Source: a virus (lineage: Duplodnaviria > Heunggongvirae > Uroviricota > Caudoviricetes). From it: 40,763 nt of DNA. The translations under genes and the position numbers were made by a program. Under the pieces are notes generated by a model, which did not search any database, was not told where the DNA came from, and saw only the letters and a program-made list of their open reading frames with translations. Where the stretch lies: positions 128,001 to 168,763 of IMG/VR virus record IMGVR_UViG_3300029156_000001. The stretch is one strand, 5' to 3'. Position 1 is the stretch's first letter; every line of letters starts with the position of its first letter. Positions 34,609-40,763 of the stretch are shown in pieces.

Positions 34609-35100
34609 CTATTTCAAGGGACGCCAGATGAAATCTTTGACAGGAATACGGTACGCTGGCTTGAAGCCAAATCCTTTCCAGGGGACAACCTTATATTCCT
34701 TCATGATTCTGTCGAGGGCCTCTGGCTTTAGCATGGTGAACTCAGGGACTTCCTCATCTGATCCATTGACCATGAGGATCGTAGCACCCTTCTTATGATA
34801 CTGCTTTACCTGATTGACTTTCAGGTGGAACGTTCTAGTGAGCAACGGCTTGGCGAACTTGACTTCTACTTGGCCATAGCCATCGACCGTGAAGTCTGGT
34901 TCGGTAGAGACCTGTTTATCTTCTAAGAACTCGCCGTTCTTGCCACAGCCAGTGTCTTCGAAGTCAGGACGAGTGCCTGTCTCGCGTTCGATTAGATCTA
35001 ACCACAGGAGGAACAAAGCACGTTCCGCCATCGTGTGATCTTTGATGTCTCTCTTAAACTGCTTCTCACTACGTTCGTCAAAACGATAGTTGCCGCCCAT
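34609..35100 (-). CDS. PD-(D/E)xK nuclease-like protein
   Basis: AE, EPDF.....VEVK, K..Q...Y. Confidence 0.65.
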   Translation of the reverse strand: MGGNYRFDERSEKQFKRDIKDHTMAERALFLLWLDLIERETGTRPDFEDTGCGKNGEFLEDKQVSTEPDFTVDGYGQVEVKFAKPLLTRTFHLKVNQVKQYHKKGATILMVNGSDEEVPEFTMLKPEALDRIMKEYKVVPWKGFGFKPAYRIPVKDFIWRPLK

Positions 35101-35101
35101 A

Positions 35102-35308
35102 TCAGGCCAGGATACCCTGGCGTCTGAGAGCACGTTCCGCCATCACGAAGGCACGCTCACGAGAGTATGCCTTTTTGCGATCTTGGTGAATCCATTTCCA
35201 GTACCAAGAACCGTTATCCTTGAGTGCATAGACAGCTTCCCATCCAGCGGCATGAAGGATACGACGCTGGTGGTCACGGTGCCTTTTGTTGGGGTCGTAG
35301 TTAGCCAT
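35102..35308 (-). CDS. Hypothetical protein
   Basis: 68 aa, abuts or overlaps neighbours on the same strand. Confidence 0.65.
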   Translation of the reverse strand: MANYDPNKRHRDHQRRILHAAGWEAVYALKDNGSWYWKWIHQDRKKAYSRERAFVMAERALRRQGILA

Positions 35309-35906
35309 TAATTAGAGCCTCTGCGAATTCGGGATTAGAGAATACCTTACGGAAACGATATAGAACCTGAAAGGCACAATGCGAATCGTATAGAGCCGCG
35401 TGGAATTTGCTTTTGCCTAGATAAGACATGTCAATACTCAGCCCCTTGATAGCTTGCGTCAAGGTGGCACCAGATTTTACATTGTCGTGGCCTGCAAACA
35501 ATCTAATGAGTGGCAAGCTATCAAGGGAGCGGTACGTGAAGGTAGCTTCGAATTCCTGCTTGGAACAATCGAAAATCTGTTTCGAGATAATCGGACGATC
35601 ATAGCTGGCTTCATTGTGTCCACCAATCATGGCGACACCATTGTTGAACCACAGGTCAGAGAAACGATCTCGGATCTCCTCTGTCGGAAGACCTTTTGCA
35701 AAGGCTTCCTCCGGGGTGATTTTGTGAACCTCAATCGCCTTGGGGGTGTACACGTAGTCGTCTAGCGACGGCATACGATGGTACGCCTCGAATTGATCGA
35801 TGATCTCTCCGGTATCGAGATCACCAACGAGGGCACCTACAGAAAAGACGCTGTGCTTATCAACGTTGAGACCACCGGTCTCGGTATCATACACTAATAC
35901 TCGCAT
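35301..35906 (-). CDS. DEDDh (DnaQ-like) 3'-5' exonuclease
   Basis: YDTETGGL (ExoI), GHN...YD (ExoII), H.ALYD (ExoIII). Confidence 0.9.
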   Translation of the reverse strand: MRVLVYDTETGGLNVDKHSVFSVGALVGDLDTGEIIDQFEAYHRMPSLDDYVYTPKAIEVHKITPEEAFAKGLPTEEIRDRFSDLWFNNGVAMIGGHNEASYDRPIISKQIFDCSKQEFEATFTYRSLDSLPLIRLFAGHDNVKSGATLTQAIKGLSIDMSYLGKSKFHAALYDSHCAFQVLYRFRKVFSNPEFAEALING

Positions 35907-36339
35907 TGACAACCCTTTCTGATAGAGCACGCAGTCGTGCTACAATATTGATTGCTCGTGGACGCTGACGTGTTTCAATGGTATCTTCGCCATTACCAAA
36001 CTGAATCGTGTCTTCCAACACGTCGTCGGTTTCGTCAACCGTTGGCTTGAATTCCGGACGGAAACTACTGATAAACTGTTGGGCAGTTGTATCGGTGATG
36101 AATGACATTACCATTTCACTTTCGCTATCGACACCATTTTGAACGGCGTCTTGAATACGACCAGTGATGATAGCACGAGCAGTAGAACGACTGAAATTAT
36201 CTTGTCGATCCGGATGGAAAAGGCCGCTGCGGCCTGTGCCATCGTTGACGATAGCGAATGCTACAATGAGGCGGTCTCCGGTGCTAAAGGCACCGACGCT
36301 GACGCCCGCTCTCGGACGATGAGAAAATGCTTTAACCAT
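35887..36339 (-). CDS. Hypothetical protein
   Basis: ~150 aa with D.FSR..AR.I..GR pattern. Start uncertain (36339 or 36363). Confidence 0.65.
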   Translation of the reverse strand: MVKAFSHRPRAGVSVGAFSTGDRLIVAFAIVNDGTGRSGLFHPDRQDNFSRSTARAIITGRIQDAVQNGVDSESEMVMSFITDTTAQQFISSFRPEFKPTVDETDDVLEDTIQFGNGEDTIETRQRPRAINIVARLRALSERVVNASISV

Positions 36340-36517
36340 TAGAAGGACTCTCTTCTCTGACAATCGGTGGTTGTACTTGACTGATATCGTTAAGACGAAT
36401 CCACAAGCTCAGACAGAAGTTTGTTGGAAGCTGAGCGTTCGAACTCAGCATGGATGCCATGAGGCCACGAGCCTCATCGCCAGTAAGATAGAAGTTATTT
36501 TCAGGCTGTTGGTTCAT
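36332..36517 (-). CDS. Small hypothetical protein
   Basis: 61 aa, overlaps both neighbours on the same strand. Confidence 0.6.
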   Translation of the reverse strand: MNQQPENNFYLTGDEARGLMASMLSSNAQLPTNFCLSLWIRLNDISQVQPPIVREESPSNG

Positions 36518-37181
36518 AAGGTAATAGTCCTAGTTCTACGAGTGTCGTTCGAACGAATTGGCTAAGGTTTTCGAGCGACCCGTCGTTGACAAAGTATCGC
36601 TCGAAGGTGGCGTCATCTAGAGCGGTCTCGCTCAAGTGGTCATCAACGAAACCCGTGTCACGTACAAGTCTGATCACAACGCCCTTGCGTTCTTCCGTAA
36701 CACGTTTTTCGTTGGGGAATCGGCAGTCTGTAATGAACACTACGTCGTATCCGTTCCAGTCACGTCGAAAGGGAGAGTTAGCCCAAACATCATTTTCAAA
36801 CATGGTTCGAAAGATATCGGTGCCCATCACCTGTAACACTTCGCGTACGGTCATGGGGCCAGATCGCGGTGGCGTGAATAGAGGACGCTCCTCTTCTTCG
36901 CTCGCATGTTTTAGGCGAATATTTAAAGGGAAGGTGTCCCAGAGGATATGAGTGAGAGTTTCTTTGTGTTCATTGGAACCATAGACTAGTTGTCTGGGGA
37001 CACCTAACACATTGATTGCAACGTCTTTTAGGCTCTCAGCGAATGCCGTGATGCCGACCGTGTATCCAGCCTTGATCAGCATTTTTTCTGCGAACGCGGT
37101 CGCTGTGTCTTTGCCAACTTGCTTCTTGCCTGACCAAGCGATGTACAGAGGACCGGGGGGTCTATCGGTAGGGTTACTCAT
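36501..37181 (-). CDS. Deoxynucleoside monophosphate kinase
   Basis: SGKKQVGKDT, FAESLK, REVLQ.MGTD..R, TDCRFPNE, HLSE. Confidence 0.9.
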   Translation of the reverse strand: MSNPTDRPPGPLYIAWSGKKQVGKDTATAFAEKMLIKAGYTVGITAFAESLKDVAINVLGVPRQLVYGSNEHKETLTHILWDTFPLNIRLKHASEEEERPLFTPPRSGPMTVREVLQVMGTDIFRTMFENDVWANSPFRRDWNGYDVVFITDCRFPNEKRVTEERKGVVIRLVRDTGFVDDHLSETALDDATFERYFVNDGSLENLSQFVRTTLVELGLLPYEPTA

Positions 37182-37187
37182 GCTGTC

Positions 37188-37216
37188 ATTCTACGCGACA
37201 GGGCCGCGAATGGTAA
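37188..37216 (-). promoter_or_regulatory. Sigma70-type promoter, probably giving a leaderless mRNA
   Basis: Minus strand TTACCA, 17 bp spacer, TAGAAT, then only 6 nt to ATG 37181 with no SD. Confidence 0.65.
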
Positions 37217-37289
37217 GTGGTTTCAAGGATTTCTAGCACTCCACGGTGCTAACTCTGAAAAACGTAGGAGTGTACAGGTTTACTATAAG

Positions 37290-37775
37290 CTAGTAGTCGC
37301 CAAGAATGGCCTTAACGATTTCCAAACCCTCCCGAATGGTAGTAACTCGGAAGCCAGTGCATTCGTTGATCATAGCGTGATCGTGCAAATTGCCAGATTC
37401 TTCCATGATTACTACCGATGGAATTCTGTTGGCGTCTGCCCATGCAATTTCCATACAGGTACCGATAGATACTCGCTCGGTTCCCAATAGGTTTACGAAT
37501 AGAACACTGGTATTTATGCAATCGAATCTGTCGCGAGTGGTGATGCCACGAGCGGTACTCATGTTAGTGAACGCCGCACTATCAATGTCGCCATCGTCGT
37601 AGTGATCTTTGATGGGCTCAGTACACTCGCGAAGGTAAACCTTCGCTCGTAGAGGGCTCACGGCCTTGATGCTGCTACGTAGTAGCTGATCCTTTACTTC
37701 TTGACGCCAGTCAGTTGCCTCGCCGTAAGAGAGGCCACTGATAGGGCCCGCCAAATAAACTGTCTTATGTACCAT
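37290..37775 (-). CDS. Nucleoside 2-deoxyribosyltransferase-like protein
   Basis: VYLAGPI, WR, SP.R, RD..D, S.GT.MEI.WA. Confidence 0.8.
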   Translation of the reverse strand: MVHKTVYLAGPISGLSYGEATDWRQEVKDQLLRSSIKAVSPLRAKVYLRECTEPIKDHYDDGDIDSAAFTNMSTARGITTRDRFDCINTSVLFVNLLGTERVSIGTCMEIAWADANRIPSVVIMEESGNLHDHAMINECTGFRVTTIREGLEIVKAILGDY

Positions 37776-37987
37776 TAGTCTTTCTCCATTTCAATGATGC
37801 CGATACAGCCCTCGGCCGCACCGGATCCAGGTGGTTTCAAGCCGACCCAATCGAGTCCACTAGTATCTAATGAAGCTACACCAGGGCCTTCATGTTGATC
37901 GTTGTCTCGTTTTGCCATGCATTCGTCCGTGAATGCGGCATAGTGTCCAAGGTGTTCCTTGACGACTAGAAAGAGCTTAATTCGCAT
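37775..37987 (-). CDS. Hypothetical protein
   Basis: MRIKLFLVV..., TAATG-coupled to the downstream gene. Confidence 0.6.
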   Translation of the reverse strand: MRIKLFLVVKEHLGHYAAFTDECMAKRDNDQHEGPGVASLDTSGLDWVGLKPPGSGAAEGCIGIIEMEKD

Positions 37988-38210
37988 TCGTATATAGCCC
38001 CGTTTTGCCGTCGTATTGCACAACGCCCTCAAGTTTCATCGCGTTTAGTTCTTTTCTTACGTCAGAAGGATGTTCGCTGATTAGATCAGCAATACTACCA
38101 GGAGAACCGACATCATGTTTCGCAAGACAACGATAGATACGAATACGTAGTGTTGTTCGTGGTTGCTTATTAGGTTGCCACAACGCCTTTATATGTTTCC
38201 AGATTTTCAT
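37977..38210 (-). CDS. Winged-helix-like small protein
   Basis: IY..L.....SIADLI...PSDVRK.L..M...G.V......Y pattern. Confidence 0.55.
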   Translation of the reverse strand: MKIWKHIKALWQPNKQPRTTLRIRIYRCLAKHDVGSPGSIADLISEHPSDVRKELNAMKLEGVVQYDGKTGLYTNAN

Positions 38211-38401
38211 ACTATCCAAAGTGCCCGTTTGAGGTTACGATGATTCGTTCTTCTTATGGCGACACACCATGCCTCCAACTTCACTTCGGGAGAGGCGTCG
38301 TCCCACATCTTTTGAACCATCTGTGAAAAGATAGAGTTGTTGTGCGGGCACAATATAGACTTAACCAAAGAGGGCGGCAGTTGAGTTGTATATCGGTTCA
38401 T
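38207..38401 (-). CDS. Small hypothetical protein
   Basis: ATGA overlaps on both sides. Confidence 0.6.
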   Translation of the reverse strand: MNRYTTQLPPSLVKSILCPHNNSIFSQMVQKMWDDASPEVKLEAWCVAIRRTNHRNLKRALWIV

Positions 38402-39462
38402 GCTGCTTCTTTTACCTCTTCGAGAACCAATTTCCAGACCTTCTCCTCGATCTCTTTCTCATCGAGGAGAGCAAACACCAAACCACATTCACGGTTCGGC
38501 ACATTATCTTGGACCCACAGGGCGTACGTTTTTCTCGACTGGTTTTCACCAATCTCAGAAAGCATACGATTGCGACTGGCATGAGCATCGGTGAAGATAC
38601 GATTATGGATACCCTGTACGTGAGCACGCACGTCGTCAAAATCACGAGCGATTGCAGGGGGCAGTTGCTTTACCGTTACGCCGTACTCGCGGCCACGAAT
38701 AAGATCTACTACGCCCTTCGGGCTTAGATAGTTGAGCAGTCTGTGGATACGGAGGTAAGTAGGGCTCTTGACCTTCACTCTCAGGCCGCAGCCGAAACGT
38801 GCTACGTATCCTTCGGTGTTTTCTTCCCACTCGATCTCGCCAGCGATGTTGATGTCGTACCGCTGCGGCCTACGAAAGTTGCATACCTCAGCCACTTGGT
38901 CAACTCTACGCTGATGCCACTCGGTACCATTATGGTCGAAGATTGCGAGGAGGGCCAAGAATGATTCGCCTCGGTAATCTACTACAATTCTGTTTTCAGG
39001 ATACACAATCTCGAAAACAGGAGTGCAGCCATCCGGTAGATGACGCCAATTGTATTGCTGTAGCATTTCTGTACCAGCGATTGCCTGATCAGATTCCATG
39101 CTGCCCGGCGTAGCCAGTTTCCAACGGACTTCATTCCAGATCGGTTCCGTAGCCTGATAGCCAATACCACAGGACCCGTCAAGCTTTTCGAATACTTCCA
39201 CGCCGTTCTTCCAGGGAAGAGCGTCGGCGTGGGTGTCTGGACGTTCGTTGAGATTGAAGAACTTTTCAAACGGACGGGCCACCACGGTCCCGTCCGTGTG
39301 AAAGATGATGCCGCGAGCCTGTCGGTTCACGTCGTTCCACTCATCATTGATGTGCGTACCCTGTGTGTATTTGAATAGTGTCAGAAATCCTGATCTACTT
39401 GCGGTAACACGACCCGCTTCGACTTCCTTCCACAACTTATTCAACAAGATGGGGTCTTTCAT
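38398..39462 (-). CDS. T4 Rnl1-family RNA ligase
   Basis: ARG..F, RPF.KFFN..E, EKLDGS (motif I), FEI..P.NRIVV.Y, EGYV, KVKS..Y...H. Confidence 0.9.
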   Translation of the reverse strand: MKDPILLNKLWKEVEAGRVTASRSGFLTLFKYTQGTHINDEWNDVNRQARGIIFHTDGTVVARPFEKFFNLNERPDTHADALPWKNGVEVFEKLDGSCGIGYQATEPIWNEVRWKLATPGSMESDQAIAGTEMLQQYNWRHLPDGCTPVFEIVYPENRIVVDYRGESFLALLAIFDHNGTEWHQRRVDQVAEVCNFRRPQRYDINIAGEIEWEENTEGYVARFGCGLRVKVKSPTYLRIHRLLNYLSPKGVVDLIRGREYGVTVKQLPPAIARDFDDVRAHVQGIHNRIFTDAHASRNRMLSEIGENQSRKTYALWVQDNVPNRECGLVFALLDEKEIEEKVWKLVLEEVKEAA

Positions 39463-39941
39463 TGCCAAGTCCTTTTTTTGATGACGTTGCGGATAGCTGC
39501 TCTTGAAACGTCGTACTCTTGTGCTAAGACGCCATAGCTTTTGCTGGGGTAAATATTCCTGATGTGATGCACTTGTTCTGTTGTCAGTTTACTGCGACCA
39601 TGCTGCTCTTTAGTTACACTTACTCTACGAGACTTGCTGTCCATGTCACGAACGTTATCTTGTCGTGTGCCCAAGAATAAGTGTGACGGACGTACACACA
39701 GCCTGTTATCGCACTTATGTAAAACGCACTTGCTTCTTGGATCCTGCACATAAAGTGCGTATGATACCCTGTGAGTCTTTAGTATTTTCTTTTGTTGTGT
39801 ATCCCAAATGATACCATAGCCACAACTGGTGCCTCCGCTCCACTCCCAACATTGGGTCGGGAAATTACCGTCTGCCCCATAAACGCCTGAGCGTTTATTG
39901 GTTTGAGATAGTAGTTTGTTTAGTAGAATCGGATCCTTCAT
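39433..39941 (-). repeat. Peptide-level direct repeat MKDPILLNKL (39912-39941 and 39433-39462), synonymously recoded
   Basis: ATG AAG GAT CCG ATT CTA CTA AAC AAA CTA versus ATG AAA GAC CCC ATC TTG TTG AAT AAG TTG. Confidence 0.95.
39459..39941 (-). CDS. HNH homing endonuclease (HNH_3 type with C-terminal HTH)
   Basis: CWEW.G....GYG, HRVSY, VLHKCDN..CVRP.HLFLGT..DN..D...K.R, SKLT..QV..IR, LA..Y.VS...I..V.....W. Confidence 0.92.
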   Translation of the reverse strand: MKDPILLNKLLSQTNKRSGVYGADGNFPTQCWEWSGGTSCGYGIIWDTQQKKILKTHRVSYALYVQDPRSKCVLHKCDNRLCVRPSHLFLGTRQDNVRDMDSKSRRVSVTKEQHGRSKLTTEQVHHIRNIYPSKSYGVLAQEYDVSRAAIRNVIKKRTWQ

Positions 39942-39943
39942 GT

Positions 39944-40090
39944 TCACTTCTCTTGTATCGGAGACATACGGTACGTCACCACACAATCATGACACCAATA
40001 GTATCTGTAGACCTTGATTACTTTAGGATTATCTGATACAGTAGTCATAATAACAAATTGGTTGTGGTTCACGTAGGCGTTAGTGATCAT
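39944..40090 (-). CDS. Small hypothetical protein
   Basis: ATG 40090 overlaps the upstream TGA, contains CHDC. Confidence 0.55.
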   Translation of the reverse strand: MITNAYVNHNQFVIMTTVSDNPKVIKVYRYYWCHDCVVTYRMSPIQEK

Positions 40091-40239
40091 ACTCGCTTTG
40101 CTCGTGGGCGTTTGCCCGTGCCCCCACAATCAGGACATTGAATCATGTAGTCGTCAGGCGGCACGATAAATATTACGTCCTTGTACTTAGGATTAAGCAC
40201 TTGTCCTGTGCCGCCACATCTATGACACTTCTTTCTCAC
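40087..40239 (-). CDS. Stand-alone DnaJ-type Zn-finger miniprotein (50 aa, absent from ORF track)
   Basis: MRKKCHRCGGTGQ...CPDCGGTGKRPRAKRV*, two CxxCxGxG motifs, GTGA and ATGA overlaps. Confidence 0.75.
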   Translation of the reverse strand: MRKKCHRCGGTGQVLNPKYKDVIFIVPPDDYMIQCPDCGGTGKRPRAKRV

Positions 40240-40376
40240 CTTTTGTAACCTTGTTCGAGTGCCTCTTCCATGTCAGCGAGAAGCTCACCGATAACCGCAA
40301 GTTGATCCTGGTAGTCAAGCTCCAGAATCTTGCGTGCCATTTGTACGTGCTCGGGCTTTCGTTTTACGTCCTTCAT
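40236..40376 (-). CDS. Small hypothetical protein (46 aa, absent from ORF track)
   Basis: MKDVKRKPEHVQMARKILELDY...QGYKR*, coupled on both sides. Confidence 0.65.
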   Translation of the reverse strand: MKDVKRKPEHVQMARKILELDYQDQLAVIGELLADMEEALEQGYKR

Positions 40377-40582
40377 TTTAGTTCTCTAGACCACGTATGA
40401 CCACTAATCGGACCACGCTTTTCCTCAACCCGAACCTCTTGTGTGAATACGCCCATCGTAGTGAAGATAGGGATGTTCACGGTGTACTCCTGCACTTTAG
40501 CAAAGGTCCAGTCTAGTGCCGTTGTCGTCATGGCTGAAATGATGATAGTGACTAGTGCGGTCTGCTTCTTTGTTAGAGCCAT
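40373..40582 (-). CDS. Small putative membrane protein
   Basis: KK followed by hydrophobic ALVTIIISAM near the N-terminus. Confidence 0.6.
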   Translation of the reverse strand: MALTKKQTALVTIIISAMTTTALDWTFAKVQEYTVNIPIFTTMGVFTQEVRVEEKRGPISGHTWSRELK

Positions 40583-40589
40583 TCTTTAA

Positions 40590-40763
40590 TCACATTTCTT
40601 CCGCAGAAAAAGGACAGTGATCGTGTCCGCATTCATCACACACGGAGTCATCGGCGGCAACGTGTCCCTTGCATTTGTGGCACGCATAACATAGGGGCAA
40701 CCCCATGAGTGCGTATTCAGGATCTCGGCAGATGTAACATCTGTCGCTATACACATCGGTAGA
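40590..40763 (-). CDS. Cys-rich hypothetical protein, 5'-truncated by window edge
   Basis: Open frame STDVYSDRCYICRD...CYACHKC...CDECGHDHCPFSAEEM*. Confidence 0.6.
   Translation of the reverse strand, partial: STDVYSDRCYICRDPEYALMGLPLCYACHKCKGHVAADDSVCDECGHDHCPFSAEEM

Noticed and set aside
37182-37289. Possible tRNA or ncRNA in the intergenic gap
   Set aside because: No cloverleaf or T-loop consensus; only one short hairpin and a promoter.
1-40763. Stop-codon reassignment, CRISPR array, or DGR-type repeats
   Set aside because: Conserved genes are full length in the standard code, all three stops are used at true gene ends, and no spaced repeats or reverse transcriptase were seen.

Overview
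Densely packed fragment of a large tailed dsDNA phage genome, with most genes coupled by ATGA/TAATG overlaps. It has two convergent arms meeting at 25904-25907. The + arm (1-25907) carries a ~12.3 kb glycan-biosynthesis cluster (glycosyltransferases, two methyltransferases, a kinase/aldolase/HAD/phosphodiesterase/double nucleotidyltransferase module, fcl, gmd). It continues with a putative recombinase, an Acb2/Tad1-like anti-defence protein, MazG, an FAD oxidoreductase, class II RNR, ThyX, a modular virion/tail-fibre block and a holin-like gene. The - arm (25904-40763) carries PhoH, adjacent peptide deformylase and methionine aminopeptidase, family-4 UDG, a degenerate OB-HD protein, a sigma factor, an SMC-like ATPase, nucleases, dNMP kinase, an Rnl1-type RNA ligase and many small ORFs. 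Six free-standing homing-endonuclease-like genes are interspersed. The most striking sequence-level signal is that the HNH gene directly upstream of the RNA ligase starts with the same 10 residues as the ligase (MKDPILLNKL), yet the two copies differ at the maximum possible number of synonymous positions. This suggests an intron-less insertion that replaces its target with a recoded copy. Also notable are a candidate phage-specific promoter motif (TAGTGTA), the Def+Map pair, and a possible link between the glycan cluster and Ser-Gly-rich virion proteins. All family calls come from motif recognition by eye, not database searches. No tRNA, rRNA or CRISPR array was recognised.
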